From assembly GCA_032160165.1 (NCBI GenBank), contig JAVHWA010000089.1, positions 3,502 through 67,501 of the forward strand: a stretch of DNA of 64,000 bases, read 5' to 3'. Shown here piece after piece: positions 1 to 10,308 of the stretch. Below the pieces are notes generated by a model that searched no databases, had not been told where the DNA came from, and was given only the letters and a program-made list of their open reading frames with translations. Source of the DNA: Acidobacteriota bacterium (GTDB lineage Bacteria > Acidobacteriota > Blastocatellia > Pyrinomonadales > Pyrinomonadaceae). Each line of letters starts with the position of its first letter. The stretch's first letter is position 1. Made by a program: the position numbers and the translations under genes.

Positions 1-596
1 GAGATTACTGCGATCTGATCAGGTCCAACGGGGATTTGTATTTCGTACTGGGAGACGTTTCGGGAAAAGGGATGGCGGCATCGCTCCTGATGTCGAATTT
101 GCAGGCCATGTTTCGCGCGCTGGTTCCGCTTGGACTGTCTCTCGACAAATTGATGGAGCGCGCCAGCCGTTTGTTTTGCGAGAACACGCTATCCACGCAC
201 TTTGCTACCCTCGTCTGCGGAAAGGCCAGTGCGAATGGCGAAATCGAGCTTTGCAATGCCGGCCATCTGCCGCCACTCCTGTTGCGCGAGGGCAAGTGCG
301 AGTCGCTGGACGCGACTGGGCTGCCTGTGGGAATGTTCTGCGACGAACACTTTGCGACGAACAAGGTGAAACTCGGTTCCGGCGATACGCTGTTGCTCTA
401 TACGGACGGCGTGACCGAAACACTCGATCTTACCGGAGCAGAATATGGAGTCGAGCGGCTCATGAAAGCGATAGACATTCCTATTTCATCGCGGCCTGCG
501 GCGCTAATCGACGCTTGCGTCACTTCCCTGGTTGATTTTCGTGGCGAGGGAGACACGGCGGACGACTTGACGATCATGGCGATCAAGTACGTCTGA
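1..596 (+). CDS. PP2C/SpoIIE-family protein serine phosphatase, C-terminal part (5' end outside window)
   Basis: The reading frame is open to the window edge (codons from nt 3 read DYCDLIRSNGDLYFVLGDVSGKGMAASLLM). The DVSGKG and YTDGVTE...DDLTIM motifs are typical of the SpoIIE/RsbU phosphatase domain. Confidence 0.75.
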   Translation, partial: DYCDLIRSNGDLYFVLGDVSGKGMAASLLMSNLQAMFRALVPLGLSLDKLMERASRLFCENTLSTHFATLVCGKASANGEIELCNAGHLPPLLLREGKCESLDATGLPVGMFCDEHFATNKVKLGSGDTLLLYTDGVTETLDLTGAEYGVERLMKAIDIPISSRPAALIDACVTSLVDFRGEGDTADDLTIMAIKYV

Positions 597-610
597 GGTC
601 GCGCGGCGGG

Positions 611-1360
611 CTAACGACCGGCGATGGCGGCGCGCATGTCGCTTACCGCACGTTCGAGGCCTGTAAAGATCGCGTGAGAGACGATGTTGTGGCCAATATT
701 GAATTCGGTGATCTCTTCTATCTTTGCGACGGCGCCAACGTTTCTATACGTCAGGCCGTGCCCAGCGGCGACTCGCATGCCGTATTGCATGGCCAGAGTT
801 GCGGCTTCGCGCATGCGCCTCAGCTCATGAGCGGCGCGCATCGCACCTTCGCTATGGGCAGCTCCGGCACCCAACGTTATCCCAGCATACTCTGCAGTGC
901 ATAATTCCACCTGCTGCGCTCCGACTTCCCGCGCGGCTTCTATTTGCGCCCCTTCCGGGTCGATAAAAAGACTGCTGATGATCCCGCCTTCCCTCAATCG
1001 ATGGACAGCTGCTCGGACGATTGAAAGGTTTGCACGAACGTCAAGGCCGCCTTCGGTCGTGATCTCTTTTGGGTTTTCTGCGACCAGCGTCACGGCGTCG
1101 GGGTGGACCTCAAGGGCGATCTTGATCATCTCCTCCGTGGCCGCCATCTCAACGTTGAGATAAGTCGTCACCACCTGTCGCAAGGCATGAAGGTCCGCAT
1201 CTTGTATATGCCGGCGATCTCCGCGCAGATGAACAGTGATGCCGTCGGCGCCGGCGGCCTCGCAGATCATCGCCGCGGCAACTACACTCGGCTCGGGAGC
1301 GCGCCGTGCCTGACGCACTGTTGCGACATGATCGATGTTTACATTGAGTCGCGCAGTCAT
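611..1360 (-). CDS. pdxJ: Pyridoxine 5'-phosphate synthase
   Basis: Full-length PdxJ-like sequence: [47 protein letters not shown]. The length of 249 aa is typical. Confidence 0.9.
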   Translation of the reverse strand: MTARLNVNIDHVATVRQARRAPEPSVVAAAMICEAAGADGITVHLRGDRRHIQDADLHALRQVVTTYLNVEMAATEEMIKIALEVHPDAVTLVAENPKEITTEGGLDVRANLSIVRAAVHRLREGGIISSLFIDPEGAQIEAAREVGAQQVELCTAEYAGITLGAGAAHSEGAMRAAHELRRMREAATLAMQYGMRVAAGHGLTYRNVGAVAKIEEITEFNIGHNIVSHAIFTGLERAVSDMRAAIAGR

Positions 1361-1372
1361 ACGTGCAATTTC

Positions 1373-2236
1373 TCAATCCCCAGTATCCGCATTGAATGAG
1401 CTTGCGCGCTGTCGCGGAACTTCGGCGTCGGTCATTGGCGAGCCGGAACTGTGCAGCGCCCGCTCAATGTCTTTCGCGCCCACGCGCGCCGCGACAATGG
1501 CGGCGTCATACACACCGCGTCTGACGCGACGGCGGATCGTACGGACCTCTTCAAGCAGCCTTGGAGTATCGCGCAATACGCTCAGCTTGCTTCCTTCGTT
1601 ATGGTCCCATCGAACGGCGATCTCCTTCAATCGCAGCTCCGCAAGGTAAGCGACATAGAGATACTCCACGTCGAAACCGAAGCGTTCGATGGTGGCGGCC
1701 TCGACAATCGGCCGGCAGACATCCATTCGAAAAGCCTTGAACCCGCATTGTGTGTCCCAGAATGGAAGTCCGGTTGCGAGTCGGACGATTAGATTGATGA
1801 TTCGCCCTCCCTGTTCCCGTCTCCACGGCTGATGAACGCCGATCAGATTGCGGTCCAGCGCGCGCGACCCAAAGGTCAAATCGTATTGCCCGCTCTCGAT
1901 TGGGTTGACCAGCTTCGGCACCTCTGTGATAGGCGTCGACAGGTCAGCATCGGAAAAAAGGGCGATTGGCGCGCGGGCGGCCAGCAGGCCGGTTCGCACG
2001 ACGTAGCCCTTTCCGCGATTCGGTTGAATTCGGATGGCCTTGGCCCCGACCTTACCGGCTTCGGCGAATGTCTCTTCTGCAACATCCGCAGTGTGATCGC
2101 TCGAGCCGTCATCGACAACAATAACCTCGCTGTTGGGGATGTTTTTGTTCAGGTACTCAAAAACCGTTCGCAACGTCCCGCCAAGGCGGGCCGATTCGTT
2201 GAACGCGGGAATAACGATGGACAGCGAGATAGACAT
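1373..2236 (-). CDS. Family 2 glycosyltransferase (dolichyl-phosphate glucosyltransferase-like)
   Basis: The N-terminal LSIVIPAFNES motif and the VVDDGSSD (DxD-type) motif are typical of a GT2 fold. Confidence 0.8.
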   Translation of the reverse strand: MSISLSIVIPAFNESARLGGTLRTVFEYLNKNIPNSEVIVVDDGSSDHTADVAEETFAEAGKVGAKAIRIQPNRGKGYVVRTGLLAARAPIALFSDADLSTPITEVPKLVNPIESGQYDLTFGSRALDRNLIGVHQPWRREQGGRIINLIVRLATGLPFWDTQCGFKAFRMDVCRPIVEAATIERFGFDVEYLYVAYLAELRLKEIAVRWDHNEGSKLSVLRDTPRLLEEVRTIRRRVRRGVYDAAIVAARVGAKDIERALHSSGSPMTDAEVPRQRASSFNADTGD

Positions 2237-2440
2237 CGGAAGAAGATTTCAGATCTTAGATTTTAGTTTGCATGTTTGAGTTGCAACTCTCTGGGGTTCT
2301 GTTTTTCACCTTAAACGTCAAACCTGAAACCTGCAACTAGTCCCAGCTTCCGGTCCTTTCGGCGACGCGCCGACGGCTATGTTATATTGCCGTTGGCGAA
2401 CACAATCGGTCCTGTTTCGAGTAGAGTTTTGGAGAATAGC

Positions 2441-4156
2441 ATGACCAGTAAATTCGGCATAGTTGCGCTGGCGGTGATCATATCCGCAACCATCGCCGGA
2501 GGCGTGGTCGACGTCTTCAAGCGACGCGCTCCCAGGGCCACCCGGACAGACAAGACGGTGGCCAGCGCCGACATTACCGAGGATTATCAGGAGGGAGTGG
2601 AAGTGATCGGCAACGAGTATGCCGGTGACGTCGATTATGAAAGGGCCACGCAAGCAGCGATTCAGGGAATGCTTTCCGCGCTCGACCCTCACTCGCTCTT
2701 CTTCCCGCGGGCCGAATTCACCAAACTGAAAGAGGACCAGGATTCGCGTCTGATCGGGATCGGCGTGACCATACTGCGACATCGCGACGGCGTTTACGTT
2801 CAGTCGGCAGTCCAGAACACACCCGCGGCACGTGCTGGACTCCGATATGGCGATCGCATCGTCGAGGTCGACGGAAAAGACGCGCGAGATTGGACGGGCG
2901 ACCAGGTGTCGAAGAATGTGCGAGGCGAGCGAGGCGAGCCGGTCAAGGTCAAGATCGAGCGCGCCGGCTCGCCGGTGCCAATCACCTATACCATCATTCG
3001 CGAATCGGTCCCGCTGCCCTCTATTCGCAACGCTTATATGATCAAACCCGGCACGGGGTATATAGGGCTGACCGGCGGCTTTCAGCACACCACGGCCGAC
3101 GAACTTCATGAAGCCGTCACTCGTCTCAAATCGCAGGGTATGCACCAGGTGGTGCTCGACCTTCGCGGAAATCCCGGCGGGCTGTTGGATCAGGCCATCG
3201 AAGTTTCCAGCGAGTTTCTGCCACGCGGCCAGGTGATCGTTTCCGTTCATGGACGTGTGGAGTACAGAGAGCCATATTACTATCGCTCTAGCGGGACTGA
3301 TCCGGAAGACTTTCCCCTGGTCGTGCTCATCAATCACAACACCGCTTCGGCTTCAGAGATCGTCGCCGGTGCAATTCAGGACCTTGGACGTGGATTGATC
3401 ATCGGGCAGACAAGCTTTGGAAAGGGGCTTGTACAGCGCGTATTCCAACTGCCATTCGGAACGGGATTGACACTGACGACCGCGAAGTACTTTACGCCTT
3501 ATGGTCGTTCGCTTCAGCGCGATTACTCGAGCGGCTCGTTCTACGATTATTACGTTCGACATGATGAGGAAGTCGCTTCGCCTTCGAAGTCTCAACGCGC
3601 CCCCGCTCAAGCCGCAATCGACCCGGCGATCGCGCAACCGACGCCCGTATCCACGCCGCCACCACCAACCGGACCTGCCGTTACCACAGCGGCCGGCCGC
3701 GTCTTCTACGGCGGCGGGGGAATCACTCCGGACATTGATATCAAGCCGCTTGAGATCACTCCAATTCGCGGGCGAATCGCCGAGGCAGCATTCTTCTTCA
3801 CTCGTGAGCTCGCGGCCGGACAGCTCCCCGGGCTCGATGCCTATCGCGTGGAGAAAACAGACTATGGCCACGTCCTGCGGCCGGGAGATTTTCCCATAAC
3901 CGATCGAGTTGTAGAGGCCTTTCGAGAGTTCGTCCAGCGCGATGGCAAACTTGGAATTCTGCCCGGTCAGATCGAAGCCGAGATCGAGTTCGTAAAGCTG
4001 CGCATTCGCGACGAGATCGTGACTGCCGCTTTTGCGACCGACGCCGGTGCGCAAGTCCTGATCGATAGCGATCCGCAGGTACTGCGCGCAGTGGAAGCGC
4101 TCCCCGAAGCCAAGCGGCTGGCGGAGAGCGTTCGTAACGGTCACTCTCAAGGCTAA
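2441..4156 (+). CDS. S41 carboxyl-terminal processing peptidase with PDZ domain
   Basis: Motifs seen are a PDZ-like GDRIVEVDG, LRGNPGGLL, NTASASEIVAGAIQD (catalytic Ser region) and FGKGLVQ (Lys). I prefer the ATG at 2441 because it is preceded by GGAG and followed by a TM/signal segment. The track ORF starts at 2387. Confidence 0.85.
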   Translation: MTSKFGIVALAVIISATIAGGVVDVFKRRAPRATRTDKTVASADITEDYQEGVEVIGNEYAGDVDYERATQAAIQGMLSALDPHSLFFPRAEFTKLKEDQDSRLIGIGVTILRHRDGVYVQSAVQNTPAARAGLRYGDRIVEVDGKDARDWTGDQVSKNVRGERGEPVKVKIERAGSPVPITYTIIRESVPLPSIRNAYMIKPGTGYIGLTGGFQHTTADELHEAVTRLKSQGMHQVVLDLRGNPGGLLDQAIEVSSEFLPRGQVIVSVHGRVEYREPYYYRSSGTDPEDFPLVVLINHNTASASEIVAGAIQDLGRGLIIGQTSFGKGLVQRVFQLPFGTGLTLTTAKYFTPYGRSLQRDYSSGSFYDYYVRHDEEVASPSKSQRAPAQAAIDPAIAQPTPVSTPPPPTGPAVTTAAGRVFYGGGGITPDIDIKPLEITPIRGRIAEAAFFFTRELAAGQLPGLDAYRVEKTDYGHVLRPGDFPITDRVVEAFREFVQRDGKLGILPGQIEAEIEFVKLRIRDEIVTAAFATDAGAQVLIDSDPQVLRAVEALPEAKRLAESVRNGHSQG

Positions 4157-4279
4157 GCTCCAACGCCCAAAAGGCTCGGACCCCACTGACCGATTAAGCA
4201 TCATCACTGCCGAACAACGTCGTCATCACAATTACTCAGAAAACGATCTACGTCATCTCGACAACTGAGGTTATCGACC

Positions 4280-5284
4280 TTGAAAGCCGTCCTCCATTTG
4301 ATTCTCTGCCTCGGATTTACACTCTGCGGTCAACAGGCTTCGGGTCCGGAGAGTGCGCCCGAAGTGCTCTTCCCCATCGTCGTTAATGGAAGAGGTGGCT
4401 ACATCGACAGGAAGGGCACGGTCGTCATAAAGCCGCAGTTCGATCTGGCAATGGAATTCTCCGAGGGGCTGGCTCCGGTCGTTATTGACAAAATGTGGGG
4501 CTACGTAAATACGAAGGGTGAGATCGTAATCAAACCTCAGTTTATAGGGGCAAGTGGCTTCGAGAATGGAATCGCGGCCGTCGGAATCGATGATCAGCGC
4601 GCATACATAGACCGGACCGGCATGGTCATGCTAAAGACGCCATATCGTTCAGGCGGCCTCTTCGTTGAAGGGGTGACTTCCGTGCACCTCGACGACGGCT
4701 GGGGATACATGGACAGGTCTGGCCAGCTCGTCATCCCTTTGCAGTTCGACTGGGCCTATGATTTTCACGAAGGACTGGCGCGCGTCGAGGTAGGGGGCAA
4801 GACTGGTTACATAGACAAATCGGGGAAGCTGATAATCCCCGCTCGATATGATAAGGGGTGGGAGTTTTCCGAGGGGCTAGCTGCCGTGGAGATTCGCGGC
4901 AGGGGAAGCAGCATCATAGATAAGACCGGTCGAACGGTGTTTAAGCCGCGCGCTCGTGTTCAGTACTTTGATCGCTTCTCTGATGGTCTGATCGCTGTTT
5001 TTGTGAACGACAAATTCGGTTTTATGGACAAGGACGGAAAGTTTTCCATCAGACCGCAGTTTGAGGGCGGAGGAAGCTTTCACGAGGGACTAGCTCCGGT
5101 CTACATTAAAGGCAAACAGGGGTTCATAGATAAGACCGGACGTATCGTCATCGCTCCCCGTTTCGATTTCACTTACGGTTTTGCCAACGGACTCGCGCGA
5201 GTGATCGTCAATAACAAAGATGGCGGCTACAAAATCGGCTATGTAGACAAAAACGGAAATCTTGTTTGGAAACCGACATTCTAA
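4280..5284 (+). CDS. WG-repeat (KWG-type) secreted protein
   Basis: Repeated GYIDRKG.VVIKPQFD...F.EGLA modules with WGY motifs follow a signal peptide. The TTG start is preceded by GAGG. Confidence 0.7.
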   Translation: MKAVLHLILCLGFTLCGQQASGPESAPEVLFPIVVNGRGGYIDRKGTVVIKPQFDLAMEFSEGLAPVVIDKMWGYVNTKGEIVIKPQFIGASGFENGIAAVGIDDQRAYIDRTGMVMLKTPYRSGGLFVEGVTSVHLDDGWGYMDRSGQLVIPLQFDWAYDFHEGLARVEVGGKTGYIDKSGKLIIPARYDKGWEFSEGLAAVEIRGRGSSIIDKTGRTVFKPRARVQYFDRFSDGLIAVFVNDKFGFMDKDGKFSIRPQFEGGGSFHEGLAPVYIKGKQGFIDKTGRIVIAPRFDFTYGFANGLARVIVNNKDGGYKIGYVDKNGNLVWKPTF

Positions 5285-5343
5285 CGCGCCACTCCAAGTC
5301 TCACTTGCGGCTTCAGGCATCGCCCCGATTCTATTCCGTGACT

Positions 5344-6510
5344 TTATTCCATAACTCTCGCGACAAGACATTTCAAGTAATAAGTCTCGGGCATTCCGAA
5401 TAGAACCGGATGATCGCTCGCCTGCATTCTCTTCTCTACTAGCTGCACGCGACGGTGCGCGTCTCTGGCAGCGTCGCCCACGATCTCAAGAAACATCGCC
5501 TCCGACATGTGATAGGAACAGGTGCAGGTGATGAGCAGTCCACCTTGGTTGAGGAGCTTTAGCGCGCGCAGGTTGATCTCTTTGTAACCTCTGGCGGCAG
5601 GTTTGACGCTCGCTCGATTCTTGGCGAACGCGGGCGGGTCAAGCACGATGGTATCGAAGCGCTCGCCCGCCGACTCCATCTCGCGCAGGGCATCGAAGAC
5701 ATTTGCCTCGACAAACTCGACATTGCGAGCGTCGTTCAGCTCCGCATTTCGTCGCCCGGCTTCGATCGCGTCAGGAGAGATATCCAACGCGCGAACGCTG
5801 TCGCAGGTCTTCGCCAGATGAAGCGCGAAGCCGCCATTGAAGGTGAAGCAGTCAAGCGCGCGTCCCTTCCCCAAACGCTGTGCAGCAAGCTGATTCTCGC
5901 TCTGATCCAGAAATGATCCTGTCTTCTGACCGCCAAGAGGTTGAACCAGAAAACGCACGCCGTGTTGAGTGACTTCGAGTCGCTCCGGCGGCTGACCGTA
6001 AAGCACGCCGACGCGCATCTCCAGTCCTTCCAGCTCACGGACGCGTACGTCGTTGCGCTCGACGATTGCGCGAGGCTGGAACTCCTCTACCAGCAGCTCC
6101 ACCAGCATTTCCTTTGATTGCTCTGTGCCCTGGGAGAGCGTTTGCATAACAAGTACGTCGTCGTAAACGTCGACGATTAGCGAAGGCAACAAATCGCCTT
6201 CGGAATAGACCAGGCGATAAGCGTTCGCGCTACGCCTGATTACCGCACGTCTGCGCGCCGCCGCCTGCAGGCGCGACCGCCACCAGTCCTTGTCGATGAC
6301 TTCGTCACCTGGAGTTAGCAGTCGCAGGGAAATCTCCGAGCGATCACTGAAGAAGGCCTGGCCGAGATGTCGATCGCGCTCGTCCCTCAGCGTCACAATC
6401 GAACCGCCCTCGACATCGTGGGCATTGACTACATCGCTTCGATAAATCCAGAGATGCCCGGCGCGCAATCGCTTCGCTCCGCGGAGCGTGATAATGACGG
6501 TTTGTTGCAT
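5344..6510 (-). CDS. PUA-domain class I SAM-dependent rRNA (cytosine-C5) methyltransferase, RlmI-like
   Basis: The N-terminal LRGAKRLRAGHLWIYRSDV (PUA-like) resembles RlmI. The SAM fold shows ALDCFTFNGGFALH and IVLDPPAF motifs. Confidence 0.8.
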   Translation of the reverse strand: MQQTVIITLRGAKRLRAGHLWIYRSDVVNAHDVEGGSIVTLRDERDRHLGQAFFSDRSEISLRLLTPGDEVIDKDWWRSRLQAAARRRAVIRRSANAYRLVYSEGDLLPSLIVDVYDDVLVMQTLSQGTEQSKEMLVELLVEEFQPRAIVERNDVRVRELEGLEMRVGVLYGQPPERLEVTQHGVRFLVQPLGGQKTGSFLDQSENQLAAQRLGKGRALDCFTFNGGFALHLAKTCDSVRALDISPDAIEAGRRNAELNDARNVEFVEANVFDALREMESAGERFDTIVLDPPAFAKNRASVKPAARGYKEINLRALKLLNQGGLLITCTCSYHMSEAMFLEIVGDAARDAHRRVQLVEKRMQASDHPVLFGMPETYYLKCLVARVME

Positions 6511-6529
6511 CGGGGTATTATAGCGGATA

Positions 6530-6572
6530 GTGGGCGGTGGTCAGTGGTCAGTGGGGAGTGGGAGGCGGATAG
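6530..6572. repeat. Heptamer tandem array (GTGGNNN)x5 flanked by direct GCGGATAG copies
   Basis: The array reads GTGGGCG GTGGTCA GTGGTCA GTGGGGA GTGGGAG, with GCGGATAG at 6523-6530 and 6565-6572. It lies directly upstream of the RlmI-like start. Confidence 0.8.
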
Positions 6573-6607
6573 AACGTTGATGGACATTGAACGCTTGTTG
6601 CGTGGGC

Positions 6608-7040
6608 TTACTTGCAATCGTTGCTCGTACCCTGCGCGAGTTTCGTCAGCCTGACGTTCCCATCGAAAGTATTAAGTGAGATCAGCCCCTGCCCGTTTCC
6701 GAAATGACCGATGATGCGTCGATTCACGTTTTCTTGGTGCTGAGAGGCCTGATTAATCTTAGCTGGAACTCATTCTCGATCACGCCGCGATACGAAGAAA
6801 GCGTGGCGGTAAACCGCTCGGTTTGTCTCGAATCGCCATTTCAACTGAACCGGAGATCGACTTCAGGTGATAGCGCGCCTCTGGGCTGATTGGTCCGGAG
6901 AACATTAGGCTGCTGTTCGAAGTATTGGCGTCGACATCACCGTGGATATTGTTGAATGTTATTGAGCCATTGGTGCTATCGACATTGACTCGCCCGCGCG
7001 AGCACTCAACAACAACATCGCCACTGGTCGGCGAGGGTGC
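6608..7040 (-). pseudogene. Frameshifted, 5'-truncated remnant of a beta-helix (DUF4097-like) protein
   Basis: Minus-strand translation gives GDVVVECSRGRVNVDSTNGSITFNNIHGDVDANTSNSSLMFSGPIS...SISGSVEMAIRDKPSG. After two frame changes it continues as FTATLSSYRGVIENEF and then NRRIIGHFGNGQGLISLNTFDGNVRLTKL, ending in a stop. No start codon is present, and the piece is not in the ORF track as one ORF. Confidence 0.35.
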
Positions 7041-7074
7041 TCGCTCTGGTCTCGGAGATGACGAAATCGAAAAC

Positions 7075-7110
7075 GGGCGAGGCCACTCCGGTCATAGAGT
7101 GGACTCGCCC
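7075..7110 (-). terminator. Rho-independent terminator after the TonB-dependent receptor gene
   Basis: GGGCGAG(TCCACTC)...(GAGTGG)CCTCGCCC forms a hairpin. On the minus strand it is followed by GTTTTCGATTTCG, about 35 nt after the stop at 7146. Confidence 0.6.
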
Positions 7111-7145
7111 GTTTAAAAGCGAACGCTAAGACTGCGATGCGTGCT

Positions 7146-10100
7146 TTAGAAGTTTAAGCGTATCCCTGCAGAAATGCGCCGGTTAGCCGACGCGGCGTTT
7201 CCGCCCCCGTCACCAAAACCTCCGAGCGTTGAAAGCGACTGCCCGAAGAGCGGCGAATTGAGATTGCCTACCGGATTGCCGAGGTTCGTGCGGTTGAATA
7301 GGTTATTGATGTTAACCGAGAAGGTCAGGTTGTAACGCTTCTCGGCGCCGGCGCCTCCCGGCCCGGCAGCACCGCCGCCCGGACGTGGACCTCCGCCACC
7401 CTGTGCGCCTCCGCCACCGCGCGGCGCGCCGGCAACTAGCCCGCCTCCACCTGCGCCGCCCCGGGGCGCTGCCGCTGTAGCCGCGGCAGGTTTCGCCCCA
7501 GGCATGTCACCAAAACCAAACGTTCGGCTGATGCCCAGATTGACCGCGAAGAAGCCCGGGCCTACTCCGTAGTTGCGCGGAATGATGGGAGTGCCAGGCG
7601 CAGGGTTGATATCAAAATCGCCATAGGCCGTTTGTCTCAGGTTCGCAGGCAACGTCGACGAGCTGGCAAATGCCGGACGCTCTCTAAAGATTCTGTCGCC
7701 GTTGGTATCGGCTCCCGTCGTGATGTTGAAGTAATTGCCCGTCCTGGCAATGATGAACGGGTTCAAAGAGAGTTTCAGTTTCGGCACGGCGAGCGTGCCT
7801 CCCAGAAAGAAGTTATGGCGCGGGATGAAAGCGAAGGGCCCTTTGTCTGCGTTGATGTCGTAGCTATTCGCGGGGAAGCATCCACTCCCCCCAAAGACGC
7901 AATCCGTGTTGCCTTCGGTCTTGGCGGTAAAGTAATTGGCGAAGAGGGTCAGCCCACGGCTGAGCTGAGTTCTGACACCCAGGATGAACTGCGTCATATT
8001 GAAATAGCCGCCCGATTCCCACTGAAAGACGTTGCCGACTGTCGGATCCGGTCGCACCGTAGGATTCCCAGGAAGCGGCGCATTAATGTCCCGAAACACC
8101 AAATTGTGTCTCTGGCGGATGGAGACAAGCAGCCCGAATACGGTTAAGTTACCCGGCAACTGCCGCTCGACGTTGAGAGCAGCGATCATCGTTGAGGGAG
8201 ATTGCAAGTCATTCGCGACGCGGTTGATGACCTGCGGTTGAGCAGCGAGCGTCGCAGTTGTGGGCACATTCGCGACCGTACCATCAAACCCGAAGACCGC
8301 ACTGCCCAGAATCGTCGGGTCAATGACGTTGAAACGCTGCTGGTTGACGCCGTTGAAGCGGTTCGCCGAGAGCGTGTTGCCTTCGCTAAAACGCTCATAG
8401 AAGTAACCGAAGCCGGCACGGACGACGAACTTCGGTTGCCCCGAGCCGAACTGGCCGATAGTCCCGGTAGAACTCCCGCCGGGCGCCCAGGCAAAGAAGA
8501 TGCGTGGCGCGAAGTTGAACTTGCTGTCAATGTTGGTTTGCTTCTCGTAGCGCAGACCGAGGGTCATGGTCAGGTTCGGGCGCAGGCGCCACTCGTCCTG
8601 GAAGAACCCGCCAAAATCTACCTGACTGACATCGGCCTCCGGGTTTCCGCCCGATAGGGTGAACTGGGTCGGGCCTCCACCGCGCGCAGTAATCTGCGCT
8701 GGCGTGAATCCCTGCTGCCGGAGAAACACTGTGCGGCGAAAACGCTCAAGACTTGTGATGTTAGCCAGAACGGTCTGACCGTTTGCTACGACGGGGTTGT
8801 TGGCCGCGTCCAATTGTGGTGCGAGTCCGCCGGCGAAGGTGAACGTCCCGCCGAAGTTATTTCGGGACACGTCCGTGATGTTCACGCCGCGCAGCCGCAC
8901 GCCGAATCTGAAGGTGTGATTCTGATACCACGTTGCGGTCATGTAGTTTTGCAGTTCCCAGCGACGAGCTCGGCTAAACGAGAGGCCAACTTGCGAACCA
9001 CCGGTCGTGAACGCTTCAAGTACTTGGACGGTAGGAACTGTGTTGTTGCCATTCTGCTCGTTCTTGTTGTCGACGAACTGGAACCGCGTCTCGTTAATCG
9101 TCTTCGGATTGAGCACGGCCGTCTCTGTAATCTGGAAAGTGTGTTGGGTGTTCGTCGTCTCGTATCCACGCGACGGAAGACTGAAGCCGCTGACGCCCAC
9201 ATTTCCAACTCTCGAGTGCGAGTAGGTGTAGCGCGCGACAATCGTGTTGTTCTGGTTGATGGCGTAATCGAAACGCGGGCTGAACGTGATAAAGCGCCGC
9301 GGCTGCAGAATCGTCTGATTGAAACTTACTGGGTTCAGGGCCGCGTTGAGCACGAGCGCGTTGATGACATCGTTGTCGTCAACCTCACGTCGCTGAAAAT
9401 CGAGGAAGAAGGATGACTTCTTGGCTGAGACCGGACCGCTCAACGTAAACCCGTAAAGCCGCGACTGAAAACTATCACGCGTGGGTGCAAACGGATTGCG
9501 AGCGTTCATGCTCTCGTCGTTGAAATTGAAGTTCGCGCTGCCGCGCCAACGGTCATAGCCGGGGCGCGTGAGAATGTCTATGCGACCAAAGCCGGGCTGA
9601 TCATTCTCGGCGTTCAAGGGGTTCTGGCTGACGCGGACTTCGCGTATGGCTTCTTTCGGAGGGAGGCGTCCGCCGGTGAAGCCGTCGATGTAGATTTGTC
9701 CACCGTTAGGCCCGACCGAGGGGCCAGCCAAAGCAGACAAGGCTGCGGCCAAATCATCCGGATCGTCCGGCAGCGCATCGAGGTCTTTGCCTCTAAGCAC
9801 AATGGCGTTGGCATTGCTTTCCGATTCGGTGCTGACACCTCTGGTATCACTAGAGACGGTGACCTTTTGCTCTTCAATCGTCACGCTCAGCTTGATGTCG
9901 AGTGGCTCGCGTCGCCCGGCCGCGATGTGAACGTCGGCAGTCTCAGATAGCGCGAAGCCGGAAGCGACCACTCGCACGGTGTAGGTTCCGGGTGCCAGGC
10001 CGTTCACAACGTACATTCCCTGTTCGTTTGTGATAGCGGTTTTTTCAGCGCCGCTCGCGTTGACGACTGATACGGTTGCGCCAACGACCAAGCCACCGAA

Positions 10101-10223
10101 TTCATCGGTCACCTGACCGCGCAAAGTTATTCCGGCTTGTTGCGCAAAGCTGGCAACGGCACATAAGGCGACGAGAAGTGCCAGGCCCACAATGTTCTTG
10201 ATTCTTTTATTGATCTGATTCAT
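7146..10223 (-). CDS. TonB-dependent outer-membrane receptor with N-terminal carboxypeptidase-regulatory-like domain
   Basis: A signal peptide is followed by a CarboxypepD_reg-like segment (GQVTDEFGGLVVGATVSVVN...GTYTVRV). Then come a plug-like region, a long beta-barrel and a terminal aromatic residue (IRLNF). A Gly-rich insert lies near the C-terminus. Confidence 0.85.
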   Translation of the reverse strand: MNQINKRIKNIVGLALLVALCAVASFAQQAGITLRGQVTDEFGGLVVGATVSVVNASGAEKTAITNEQGMYVVNGLAPGTYTVRVVASGFALSETADVHIAAGRREPLDIKLSVTIEEQKVTVSSDTRGVSTESESNANAIVLRGKDLDALPDDPDDLAAALSALAGPSVGPNGGQIYIDGFTGGRLPPKEAIREVRVSQNPLNAENDQPGFGRIDILTRPGYDRWRGSANFNFNDESMNARNPFAPTRDSFQSRLYGFTLSGPVSAKKSSFFLDFQRREVDDNDVINALVLNAALNPVSFNQTILQPRRFITFSPRFDYAINQNNTIVARYTYSHSRVGNVGVSGFSLPSRGYETTNTQHTFQITETAVLNPKTINETRFQFVDNKNEQNGNNTVPTVQVLEAFTTGGSQVGLSFSRARRWELQNYMTATWYQNHTFRFGVRLRGVNITDVSRNNFGGTFTFAGGLAPQLDAANNPVVANGQTVLANITSLERFRRTVFLRQQGFTPAQITARGGGPTQFTLSGGNPEADVSQVDFGGFFQDEWRLRPNLTMTLGLRYEKQTNIDSKFNFAPRIFFAWAPGGSSTGTIGQFGSGQPKFVVRAGFGYFYERFSEGNTLSANRFNGVNQQRFNVIDPTILGSAVFGFDGTVANVPTTATLAAQPQVINRVANDLQSPSTMIAALNVERQLPGNLTVFGLLVSIRQRHNLVFRDINAPLPGNPTVRPDPTVGNVFQWESGGYFNMTQFILGVRTQLSRGLTLFANYFTAKTEGNTDCVFGGSGCFPANSYDINADKGPFAFIPRHNFFLGGTLAVPKLKLSLNPFIIARTGNYFNITTGADTNGDRIFRERPAFASSSTLPANLRQTAYGDFDINPAPGTPIIPRNYGVGPGFFAVNLGISRTFGFGDMPGAKPAAATAAAPRGGAGGGGLVAGAPRGGGGAQGGGGPRPGGGAAGPGGAGAEKRYNLTFSVNINNLFNRTNLGNPVGNLNSPLFGQSLSTLGGFGDGGGNAASANRRISAGIRLNF

Positions 10224-10308
10224 GACTATGACCTTTACGAATTGCAGTTGAAGGTCGCGATGTTCCGCACTTCCAACTCAAAAATTATTCCAGTGGAGCG
10301 GCAGCCGT

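Noticed and set aside
5-586. Minus-strand ORFs (119, 72 and 62 aa) at the left edge
   Set aside because: They are antisense to the SpoIIE-type phosphatase coding sequence, which has clear motifs.
2318-4207. Two long minus-strand ORFs (339 aa and 284 aa)
   Set aside because: Both are antisense to the S41 peptidase gene, which has clear catalytic motifs. The antisense translations are low-complexity and Arg-rich.
6704-7116. Two plus-strand ORFs of 61 and 63 aa
   Set aside because: They lie opposite the decayed beta-helix gene fragment and across the terminator hairpin, and they have no motifs.
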